DNA from: Vicugna vicugna
Taxonomy: Eukaryota
Reading direction: 5' to 3'
NCBI GenBank assembly: GCA_013265495.1
Contig: MU058781.1
Span: 10,707,009 to 10,771,008, forward strand
DNA length: 64,000 bases
The translations under genes were made by a program, and so were the position numbers. The number at the start of each line of letters is the position of its first letter. The first letter of the stretch is position 1. The notes below the pieces were generated by a model that worked only from the letters and a program-made list of their open reading frames with translations, ran no database searches and had not been told where the DNA came from. Below, piece after piece: positions 1 to 11,461 of this stretch.

Positions 1-705
1 GTTATCATTTTAGATACTAGGGATATGGCTGTGGGTATTTTATTCCAACAGGAAAGATAATAAATAAATTAGTAAGTAAATAATCTGGTATGTCAAGTGT
101 TGACAGATGTTATGGAGATAAATCAGGGAAGAGGGAAAGAGTGCAGCCTGGGGGTAGGAGGCTTGCTATTTAAATAAGGCGATCAAGGAGTACTGTAAAA
201 ATTGGTTAATACTTGAATGAAGAGCTGCAGGAGGAGAGGCATAAACTACATCAGGTTAGAGCTTGCCATGCCGAAAAAAGCAGAGCTAAAATCCTGATGG
301 AAATATCCATTGAGGATTTCACTTTGAATGTCTGAGTAACAGCAAGGGAGTTAGTTTTGCTAGAAAGACGTGCATAACAAGAAAGAGAGGAGGCAAGGTC
401 AGGGAGCGAAAAGGAACGAGCGAGACACACATTAGACCATTGTTAGGACTTTGCCTTCTACCCTAAGCTCAGTAAGAAGCCACTAGAGGTTTCCAGCAAA
501 GCAGTGACAGAATCTCATTTCCATCGAAACAGGATCAGTCTAGATGTGTGCTTAGAATGGACTCTTGAGGGGCAAGGATGAAAGCAGAGAGATCAGTATG
601 GAAGCATAACCATGACAATGACTTAGACACACTTGAAGACAGAGCCAGTAGAGTTTGCTGATAAATTGGATATTGGAGAGAGAGAGAAAGAGAAGTCAAG
701 GAAAA
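1..705 (-). mobile_element. LINE-2 (L2) 3' region fragment, highly diverged
   Basis: Purine-rich text typical of antisense L2, e.g. 'gcagtgacagaatctcattt...aggatcagtctag' and 'agagccagtagagtttgctgataaattggata...agagaagtcaagga'. Boundaries approximate. Confidence 0.75.
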
Positions 706-1792
706 TTGAAAAAATGTTCAACTGTGCTCTTTACTATACATTACCTTCTAATAATCACAACTCCTCAATAGTGTTGTAATTTATAAAACAATTTTCTATA
801 CATTATTTTATTGAACTATGGACCAGGGTTCTCAGTATATGTCACCTCTTCCTATTTGAAGTTTATAAGTTTCATTTTTCTTTGGTAAGCTAGTTTCCTT
901 AATGATGAATTTTAAATGAACAAAAAAAAATTCAAAAATAAAATACTGAAACCTCAGGAGACTGACCTCCACTTAAACATATCATTCAGATATTTCCTAG
1001 AATTGAAGAAAAGGTTCAAAAATGTATGGATACAAAATTACCTGTTTCATTTATTAATGCCCTGCTTTATACTTTTCTGAAAGCTTTTCATATAATAAAG
1101 AGCATATGTATTTTCATTCTAATTTCTTCCCACAGAAAAACTAAATAGTTTTTTTTGAGGATTGTGATCAAGTGCATTCTTATTTTTTTCAAGAAGTCGG
1201 ATGCTTAGGTTTGACATTTTATAGTTTTAAGTTTATTTTTATTCTCTATATGATTTACTTAGCTAATTTATTTCAATAAATGTATATAAGGAAAAGTTAT
1301 TGTATTTTTTTAGACTATTACCTAATTTATGTCCATCAGATTTTAAAAATATTCCTGGAATCATTGACCTAGAAAGAACTTTAGTAAGTACTTGATTCTG
1401 TGTTCCTCAATTATTCCTAAATTGTTTTTTAATTCACAGGGTTTTTGACATTGTGATAATCTTTAATATTACAAGACTACCTGAGTCATAATAATGTGAC
1501 CTTGTATATGTGGGTTTTTCAGTAGTAGACTGAATAAAAATATATTTTTTAAAGTCTGGAGAACTAGAAGAGGGTTGCCTTAAACATTAAATAAGCTGAT
1601 ACACATTTACTATTTAAAACAACAACTAACCATGTTCAGTAAAAATGCTTGTTGTTATGCTGATTATATACATATTTCCTCTACTCAAAAAATTTTCTTT
1701 CTTAAGTTTTCTACGATTCTTAAAATGAAAACACTATGTTTCTGAATAGGCTTTTTAAGCCATGCATGCCTAAAAATCTTCCTATATTTCTT

Positions 1793-1901
1793 GTGGAGTG
1801 ATCCATCTCTGCTTCCTGGGATTTTCCCAGTTTTAGCCTTGAAAGTCCCAAATCCTGGGAACCCCCCTAGTCCCAGGCAAATTAGGACACCAGATCAGCC
1901 T
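1793..1901 (+). mobile_element. Short non-autonomous hAT DNA transposon (MER96/MER96B-like)
   Basis: 'cctgggattttcccagttttagccttgaaagtcccaaatcctgggaacccccctagtcccaggcaaattaggac' matches the recalled MER96B core. Degenerate inverted ends ggagtgatc...gatcagcct. Confidence 0.75.
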
Positions 1902-2199
1902 CTCTCAGAGCCCTCCTCACAACCCTTTGATCACTACCACAACCAGAGGTCTTTGTTTCTCAAAGTCACAAGAGTCTGCAACAGATGCAAAACTAGAGCC
2001 TAGGTCTTCTTACTCACATATTTAAAAAAACCCCACAGACTATCAGAGTTTGACAATAGTGCTCAATGAATAAACACTTTGTGTCACCTTCCTACTTTCA
2101 CAGTGTATGTGTATGTGTGGTTTGTATGCTGGTGAACATGTAAAGAGCACTTCCATCAAATATAATAAAGTCAAAATGGTACTATATTATAGGTCAGTA

Positions 2200-2730
2200 A
2201 TACCATTCTGTCTTCACTACTGTGGCCTCACAGTAAGTATTAAAATTGGATGATATGATTCCAACTATATTCTCTTTTTCCAAAACTGTTTGTCCTTTCT
2301 TATGAATTTTAGAATCAGCTTATCTGTATCTATCAAAAATCTTTCTGCATTTAATTCACTCTTCTTTCTCTAAAGTTGGAAGTTTAGAATGTTGACTTAA
2401 GACAGCTCTCTTTGTATTATAAGCATTTAATGTTCTAAATTTCCCTTTCAGTACTACTTTAGCTGCATCTTACAAATTTCAGTATTTTCATTTTAATACA
2501 CTTTGCAATTTTTTATAATTTCCCTTGAAACTTCTTTCACCCTTGAATTATTCTGAAGTGTATTATTTAATTTTCATGTGTTTGGAGATTTCTCTGTTAC
2601 CTTTCTGTTATTGTTTTAATTCCATTAGAACCTGAGAACAGAGTTGGTATGACTTAAGTTTCTTTTACATTTCTTAGGTTTTATTTTGGACCTATGTTAT
2701 GGCCCACATATGCACTTAAAAATATATATA
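2200..2730 (-). mobile_element. Old LINE-1 (L1M) ORF2 fragments
   Basis: Antisense L1 ORF2 signatures 'tatgaattttagaatcagcttatctgtatcta' and 'taagcatttaatgttctaaatttccctttcagtactactttagctgcatcttacaaattt'. Confidence 0.8.
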
Positions 2731-2889
2731 TTAAAAAAAAAAACAAAAAGCAAACAAACAAAAACCACTTCACCTCATCTAGAGGTTGAGAAATTAAAAT
2801 AACTTTAGAATAACCTAACAAAATTAGCTCTAGAAAAAAATGTGCTAAATCCAAGTGGGTTTGTCGAGTAATAGAAAAACAGCATTAGA

Positions 2890-3078
2890 AACAGGTTGTG
2901 TTTAAATTCCTACTTTGCTGTCTCACCAGTATCTCTTCAGTTTCTTCAGAGAGAAATTGAGGATAATGATACCTTCACCAGCTCTCCTTAGGTCATTGCA
3001 AGGTTTAAATGAGATAATGCAAACAAAGCTATTTTCATGGTATGTGTCACATAAAAGCATTCAGTAATGCTAATTGTC
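2890..3078 (+). mobile_element. MIR SINE fragment
   Basis: MIR core and 3' part: 'cttcagtttcttc...gaggataatgatacc...aggtttaaatgagataatgca...gcattcagtaatgct'. Confidence 0.7.
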
Positions 3079-4754
3079 AAGACAGTGTCTAAGAAAAGAA
3101 GGAAACGGAAAGAAATATTGGCAAAAAAAAAAAAAAACCCACCCAGAATTAAAATATCCCCACTTACAAGAGGGTGTAGTGTTAGGCACGCTCATCTCTG
3201 ACATACAAGGTGGCTTAGCCCCTTCTGTTTAAAAATAAATATGGGTTCAATCTCTATGAAATGCATTGGGAAACTCAAAAAGAATTTCTGACCACAAAAA
3301 TAAAAATTTTTCCCTTAAAGTAAGGGGAATAAGTGGGCTGGCACTGGTAAGCACACATATTTTTAGAGTCAGCTTTAAGGTTTAGCTATGGGATTAGCTT
3401 TCCTATTTGGTGGCAGATGTAAATAAGAAAATAATAGCACAAATCTCTAGAGCTAGGATGGGTGACAGTTCTAGTCCCATTTTCCAACCTATAAACAGAA
3501 GTATGAAAGGCATCTAAATTATTCCACTTGAAATGACTAATTTCAGACAGAGTTCAAGTCATCAAACTAAGATTTGAACGAAATCCACACACCCCTCAAG
3601 ACGGAGATTTCCACTTCAGAAGTGATTCAGTGCACGAAGCCCTGGGATGTTTCCCTTCCCTGAAATGTCTAGTATTCGTCTTTCACAACCACAAAGCACT
3701 AGAAAAGTTACTAGCTTATTCTCTGTGAGATTCTTGGAAGAGTTTGCTGGCACATCGTGTCCTATATTGAGGTCTGCAAAAGGTCTGAAAGGACAGTTTG
3801 ACAAAGCCATGTCAGGGAAAAGTTGTTCCACCAGCAAGCCAAAGGTCAGATTGTAATTTAAGCAGCAGTTGGCTTGTCAAGGATGGAACACTCCCTGGGT
3901 TCATCTCACAAGCAGGGAGAAAATCAGTCCGTTAGCAATCTTCAAATGGAAAGTTTAAGTCAGGACAAAAAAAAAAAGTCAACTTGTTTTGCTTTTTTGT
4001 GTTTTTTTTCTGATTGGTCAGCAGACAGCTCTGTAATTGTTTCGTTGATGACATAAGTTTTTTTATGTCAGTTTTTAATGTTAGCAACATTAGACTTCTA
4101 ATGTTTTTTAATGTCCCTTTTTCTCTCTCTGATCTCAAAATATATGGAAAATTGGGAAACTGAATGTACACTTAGACCCCAGGAAACTCACTAGCAATGA
4201 CGACCCAGATGTTGATTTTAATGACTCCTAAGTTAAAAAACAACCCAAATGATTTGCATACAAAAACAAAGCCCAGAATTGCTTACACAAAGCGAACTTT
4301 ATAGCTAACCACTTGATTTGATTAAGAATCCATGGGTCTTGAGGCAGGTTCTTTGGAAAATACAACCACGATTTCAGTTCAACACTCTGGGAGAATTAGA
4401 GGGGAAACGGTTTAGTACTCTGAGAACCACTTCTGGTTCCTAGAATTTGAATTGACTTAACTTTCAACTTTAACCCCGCTGAAGAGAGCTGCGCCTCCCC
4501 CGTCCGACTATTATTAGAATTCTGTCGTGGCCAACATGTTTGTGCTGTTGTTGCTGCTGCTGTTATTTCATACGCTATTAACCTGACTTGGCTGGTCCCA
4601 ACTTGGTATTTAGCAATGTTAAAATATTACTCAGGTTTTTTTTACCTAAATTATAAAAATAACACATTACCACTGCAAAGAAAATAATCCAACCATCCAA
4701 AAAAGTCAAATCCCCAAACAGCAAATCTTTGTTATGTTGATTTCCATCCCATTT

Positions 4755-5418
4755 TAACCCCTCTACCACTAGTGCCACCATCTCTCCCATGGACTGCTGC
4801 AACAGCTTCCTGCTTATCTCCCTGGGGCCTCTCAGACCCAAAGCTTTTTATTTTCCACCCAGCAGCCAGAGTGATCTGTTCAAATCTAAGTCAGATCATG
4901 CTACTTTCATGCTCAGACAGCCCCATGGCTTCCCACTTCACTGAGGTGGAATCTAAAGTCCTTCCTGTTATCAACCAATTCTTACATGAACAGCCTCCTC
5001 CTACTCTCTCTCTGCTCACTTTACTTTGGTCTCACTCACCTTCTTGTCCTTCCTTGAGCTCACCCACCTTCTTGTCCTTCCTTGAGCTCACCCACACTCT
5101 CCTGGCCCAGGATCACCACCCTTGCTAACCCCTCGACTGGAAGATCTTCCCACAGATAGACGACATCCTCTCACTGCATTCGAGTCCCTGCTCAAAGATG
5201 TTGGCTTATCCAAGATAGCAATCCCCGTCACTCCCACTCCTCCTGTCTTGCTTAACGTTCTCCTCATAGCATTTATTATAGAGACTGTATCTCATACTGG
5301 CTTGTTATTTGCCTCTTCCTAGAATATGAATTCTATAAGGACTTGTTTACAATGATATTCCCAGCACAGGACTACCCAGAGTCTTATAAGAGGAGGCATG
5401 GATTATTGACTGAATGAA
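4755..5418 (+). mobile_element. LINE-2 (L2a-like) 3' end
   Basis: 'ccaccatctctcccatggactgctgcaacagcttcct', 'ccacccagcagccagagtgatctgttcaaatctaagtcagatcatg', and terminal 'ttattgactgaatgaa'. Confidence 0.85.
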
Positions 5419-7019
5419 ACTCACTCCACATAAGTAACCACTATGAACACTGTAGGGTAGAAACTTCCAGATACCTCCTATATGCAAGCAAACTATTTTT
5501 CAGAAACAAATGTTTCCAATGACTTTGCTTTCAGAATTTTTGTGTTTATGCATGTGTATCTTCAAACACTCTTTTTACTCAGGCTTCCAGGAGCAGGATC
5601 CCCAAGCCCCCTTTGGTCATTTCAGATTAAGTCTTCTATTTCTGCTCAGGATCTGAACTTTCACCTGTCATCTTCCTTCAGACCTGCTCCATCTCCTCTT
5701 GATATTCAACTTTGTCAATATTCATGTTTCTTTTCTACTTCCTGTTGAAATGCTTAGACCTTATTTTTAATAAAAAATAAATTTTTCCTCAAATCACTTC
5801 TCCTCTCTGCTATTTTATCACTTTTCCTCATATAACTAGAAGAAATTAAGACTGTGTATCTTACATTTTTTGTCCCCTCTTTCCCACAGCTCAGTTGCTC
5901 CATAAATTCCCTTAAATTCTGCCTTCTGTGCATAGGATTCCAATAAAACTGTTTTCCGAGTTCAGCAGTTACTTTCTACTTGATAAACCCAAAAGCTTTT
6001 CCAATATAATTCCCCAGATCTCTGATGAGCACCTAAAAATAATTACTATGACAATCCTCCTCTGGCCTCACACTACTGAATGAACCTCACCACACCCTAC
6101 TCTCTCTGAAATGAGTATTTGCAGGTCCATTCACTCCTGTGGAAAAGTAGTAGAACCTAGCTAATCATAAAGGAAAACCATTTGACCCATGATACCATGG
6201 AATTTGGAAATAGTTCTAGTTTGAGCTATACACAGAAGGACAAATATCAGGTACTTAAACAGAACTATATAAGCAGCAAATTTTCCCATTTCTAACTAAG
6301 CAGCCCTGTGGTAAAGACTGAGCTAATTGATCCCTCTAGTTAAAGTCTTCAGGAATTTTGGAGTTACTTTGTCCCATATCAGAAACACTGATGTCTAGTA
6401 ATAAGCCTGGGTCCCATCTATTTGGGCCCTGCTTCCTGTTTTGTTTCAACTGGCCCCTGTTTGCTGTAGAACTGGGTTCTATTCCCCTTCTGGCCTTCAC
6501 ATGTCAAGTGGATTCCACTACCCTACTCAGTATGCAACTGAATGTTACACTAATTCTGAATCGGTGTCCACTAAGTATTTTCCCAGATTGGATCTCTTTG
6601 ACCTTAGATGCCTGTACACATTTGAATCTCCAACTACATGTTCCTTGAGTACATGGAACTTGACTATCTTCTTCATGGCTATATCCCCTTTGCATCACTT
6701 CTATCTGGCCAAATAGACGGTTCTAAATGACTGAATAAAGGAATGAATGTACTAAAGCAATGCTGCCGTATTTCTGTTGGAATTTCGTTTGTTTTTCAGC
6801 TCACCCCTAGAAAGCAGTACGTCATTCTCAGCTTCACTAAGCTAACATCTTGCTTATTCTCCTTTCTTTGTTTCATTTCTACTTTTGTTCCCCATGTTCA
6901 GCATGGATGGCTTCATCCTGTGAGCTCCTCTAATTCCCCTTCAAAGCTGCTTCTCTGTCAGTAAGACTGGAAACAATTAGAAAAGCTGCACCTATTGCTA
7001 CCGGGGATGTCAGGAAAGG

Positions 7020-7650
7020 GATGATTTCTTGCATGACTGGTGGAAACGTGTAGTGTTACTGCTATCGAAAACAGTGGGACAGCGTCAATTAAAATTTAAA
7101 AACATATACCCTCAAACCAGCAGCTTCAATGTGGGAATCTCTGCCATAGCAATAAAAGTGGCAATACATCCAAAGCCTTTAGAAAAGGGTATTGTAGCAC
7201 TGCTTATCATGGCTTAGAAAACTGGAAATAAATGCCCATCAGAGGACAAATGATTTAATGCATGATCACCATATATCCACATCATAGTATGACCATGAAT
7301 TCGCCCTATAGCAGATTATTTGAAGAGATTATTGAATAAGAGAAGCAATCTGTAGAAAAGCTTGCATAGGATGCTATCACTTCTGTAAATGAAACAACAA
7401 TCAACTCTTCCATATATATACATATGTGCACATTTTAATTGAATTACACGAGTACAGAGAAGAGTACAGATAAACTCTTACTAGATGTGAACATTGAAGC
7501 AGGGGGTTACCTGGGGTGTGAGTGGACTTGTGAGCAGTGGCACTGATGTGAGCAGAGGAGGAAAGAGACAGCAGGAAGGGAACCAAGTCCTCTCCACAAA
7601 AAAAGGACTGATTTTTAAAAAGCACATAAATGTTCACATTCATCCACTTC
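7020..7650 (+). mobile_element. Ancient L1ME-type 3' end fragment
   Basis: 'aaaatttaaaaacatataccctcaaaccagcagcttca' and 'attgtagcactgcttatcatggcttagaaaactggaaataaatgcccatcag' follow the L1 ORF2 end and 3'UTR pattern. Confidence 0.7.
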
Positions 7651-7659
7651 TATAAAAAT

Positions 7660-7906
7660 AACAGCAAGTATTTTGGTAGTTCTTACTGTTTACTATGCAC
7701 TGTTTTAGTGCCAGATATTTTAAATTGATTTAATCTTCCACCAACTCCATGAGAGAGATACTGTTTTAAACCTCATTTTTACAGATGATGAAATCGAAGT
7801 ACAGGGAAAGTAAGAGACAAGCTGAAGTCACACAGTGACAAAGAGGCGGTTTGAATTTGAACCCAGACAGTCTGGCTCCAGGGACCATATTCTTAACCAT
7901 ATGCTA
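7660..7906 (-). mobile_element. MIR SINE, near full length
   Basis: 'cctcatttttacagatgatgaaatcgaagtacag...aagtcacacag...gaatttgaacccagacagtctggctccag...tcttaaccatatgct'. Confidence 0.9.
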
Positions 7907-10900
7907 TAATGCCTCTTAGGGTATCTGCAGTGCATAAAGAAAAGAAATAAAAAGTAATTTTTTAAAATACACACACAAAGTGGTAATTAAAGGGATAATA
8001 TTGTTTTTAAATGCCGCATTTTACTAAATCAGACTGATCATTTCTTTTATTTGGAATAGACTGCATCTTTAAGTTTTATATTTAACTATATTTAATATGA
8101 GTTAATATGACTTTGCAACTCGTGACTTCTGTTCTGAAAGGATTTACCTCCTCCTGGATTATATCAGTTACACCTAAAATGATCTTGGTCCCAATAGTCA
8201 TCAAAAAAAAATCTTAAGTATCAAGATCTCATTTCAAGAGCTGTTGATAGAAGAGACGGACTACTTGTTACAAGTGTTTTTTAGATGTGATTCTCTTCTA
8301 CAGTGAAATATGGATTATCTAAAAGGTCCTTTTGGCCAGAATGAAAGAAACTTCTCATTGTAAGTGGAGGAGTCTATAATATCTTACCCTCCATTTGATG
8401 GGGAAGGACCAATGTGAAGGAAATATCACTGTCTGAAATTGAAATTAGTAAAAATCAACCTGTGTAACTATCACAAGAAGTGACTTACAAGAAAAGAACC
8501 TGGGGCTTTATGTCCACATTCCAATCAACTCTAGTTTACTATGCAGAGTCCAAGTTCTTCCCATGGGGGACCTGCCTACCTCACATTCTCATTCAATTGA
8601 GCAACCTTCAGAGCTCTATTTTTTTTCCTACTGAACTCACCTAGGTAGCAGTTTTCTCTGGACCAGAGGAAATGACTGATTCGGCTCGTTTTGTGGGACC
8701 TATCTTCCACTTCATATTCATACTTTTGACATTCTGGTTTCCAAATCTTTTTTTTTTTTTCCTCTTGAGTTTGTTAGGCCTGAATTTGTGCTCCAAAGTT
8801 TAATCACCTCCAAGTAAGCTGATTAATGGAGATTCTGGACTTGCAGAGAAGAGATAATTTCATTCCTGTGTCACCTCCCAGGCCTTGTCTTATACCCAGC
8901 CTTCCTCCCACAATTTGACATCTGTGAGCTGCATTGCCTCACAGCGAAAGGCCTCTGACCATGGAACTGTCTGTCTTTAAAGATACATCTTGATCTTGAC
9001 ATGCATCAAAATGCATATTCAGGCTTTAGAAGAGTGATGCCTAAGGTGATTCTAAATGATGGGATGGAAGAGGGACAAAATGAAAGATTCTTTCATTCTT
9101 AAATAGACTGAGTATGCATCTGAATGCCTAGAGGCTAACTCTGATTGACAGAGAAGATATATATTGGGACAGAGGTTAAAGGTGGACTGAGAGGTTTCAG
9201 AATTGTCAATGTAGTCATTGTCACTAAAGCATTCAGCCAAAAGAGGCCACTAAGATATGTGATGAAAGGGAAGGAAGCTAGTGGGTCAAGGACAGACTTT
9301 TCTGAAAGAAGAAGAAAGATTTGGAAAGAGGTAGCATCCATAATGAATTCATCCGTAATGAATGCAACTACTAAATAGGAATGAGTGGGATTTGCAGGAT
9401 AATTGGAAGAATGGGAGGCTTGACATTAGGAAAAAATCAATGGTTCTTAATTAACAGCACCCCAAAGAGTAAGGATGATGAGGGCAGAGAAACAGATGAT
9501 TTATACAAAAGAAGGTCAATCCAGGTTAGAATAAATTATAATCCTTGTAGATGGTCAGGGACACTATGCTCAATACTTTGATTTCTCTGAGCCTATGAGC
9601 ATGGAGCAGAAGCTATTCACATCAAACCAATAGTCTGCCTCATAAACAAAGTAAGCTGCCATTACTACAACTTGAAACAATGGATAGGTGGCCTTATTGC
9701 CATGATCCAAAGGTCAACTCACTGAAAGGCTCTTCACATTACAGACATTCACTGTAGCCTGACCCTGTTCCATCTGTCGTGATTTCACTCTGCACACTGG
9801 GTTTTCTCCTATAAATGGAAATAACAAATCTGAAAATCTCCATTTGTAAACCCATGGAATAAAAATGTATTAAAATTATAAATTAAAGACGGGAAAGGTT
9901 TAGCCTATTTAAACAGAGAACTATCACAGATGTTAAAAAAAAGAAAAAACCCTTCGCATATGTAATGGGAAGAACATGAATTAGCTCTTTATAAAAGGGC
10001 AGAGTAGTGAGGGGTATAAGAAGTAAAAAAGAAAAAAGAGTTTGAATCACTCCATGAAACTAGCGATTTAGGCACTCAGATAGCAGTGGAGATAAAATGG
10101 TGAGGTCATCTGAGGAACTACCACCTAAGAGAACAAAGAAAGGGGGAGAAAAAATGACATTGCCTGCAGAATATATGGTGTTTTCCTTTTCTGATCATCA
10201 AAAAAGGCAAAAAAGATACTGAATATTGAACTCCCTAGGAAGGACACTATAAGGTAGAAAAGACACAGTTTCAATGTATTTCACAACCTTTCAGTGTTTT
10301 GTCAGTTTTGACGTAAAGTACTGAAAATATTTAGAGAGATTAAAGTTTAAAACCACAGAACTACTAAACTGACTTAAATGAATTGTCCTAACTAGTCAAG
10401 CTTAGAAACAATTTAGGTATGAAAATGAAAATCAGAGTTAGATTAACTCACATGGTAACTGATGACAAGCGAAATGGTATTTATTTTATGCCTTATTAAT
10501 ACATTATTTTATAGCTCACTCTTCATTAGCAGTGAGCCATTTAGTATTTTCTTCAGTGCAATAAACAACCCAAAGGAGTGTTCTGATGTTTTGGCAGCAT
10601 AATATTGGATTAAAAAAAGGACACTGATGTGTAGAAACAGGTAGGGTTTTTTTTTTCCCATAATTTTTCTGGTTTGGGTTTTGTTGATTTCTTTTTTATC
10701 TCCATGACCTTAATTATTTACTTCTGAATTAAGTTCCTACTGTGCTCAAGCACTTGGCTACCACCAATACTACCTGGTGATAGTTTCCAAATTTTAGGCA
10801 CAGATTTTCAGAAAGAAGTAACCAAGTAACAAGAACTGTACCTAGGAATTCCTATTTTGAAAGTTATATACTAGCACACAATCAAAAAATAGAAATAATA

Positions 10901-11051
10901 TTAGAAAAATTTACTGGACAAAGCCTTGAAAAAACAACAGTGCCTCCACCCATCGAGAGCAAACTACCGTTGCAGGAAAACCATAGTATAAATCACAATA
11001 TTAAAAGGGCAATTAGAAAAAGAAAAACACCAGTGGCCAATGTAGAGACAG

Positions 11052-11461
11052 TGTTTCTTGGAAGTTGTTTTCCTCAAGAAATAGACTTGGAGATGCGATG
11101 ATAGGCTTTTGGGGCATGCAGTCAGGAATAGCACCTACAAGGGAGAGAGAAGAGAATTCAACAGAAGGAAAGGATAATCATGATGCAGTTGAATCCTATT
11201 CTTCACTTAATCCTAGGGGAACTTAAAACCTGACACAGCTCTTTAAATATGGCCTGAATTGAGGGGGTAGGAACTTTGAATGCCTCCATGGAGCAGTCAT
11301 TGGATGTACAGTGTTCCTGGGAGGGACAAGGCAGCTCTTTTTGGACCTAAGGCAATTCCTCAGAGGGGCTCAGATGTGAATGGTCTGCAGACTACACTCC
11401 CAGCAGCTAAGGAAATGGATGCTTTGTCCTACATTCACTGGCAGACAGTAACGTTCACTTA
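11052..11461 (-). mobile_element. ERV-L class LTR (LTR16A-like), 3' LTR of the adjacent provirus
   Basis: Matches recalled LTR16A antisense motifs 'cagtcattggatg', 'aggcagctc...ggcaattcctcagaggggctcag' and 'acactcccagcagctaaggaaatg'. Abuts the ERV-L polypurine-tract junction 'gtccaccc' at 11462. Confidence 0.8.

Noticed and set aside
8304..8359. First coding exon (cag/...ATG GAT TAT...TT/gtaagt; MDYLKGPFGQNERNFS)
   Set aside because: The splice sites look good, but the peptide is unrecognised, no partner exon was found, and the sequence resembles a decayed L3/MIR3 3' end ('tggattatctaaaaggtcctttt').
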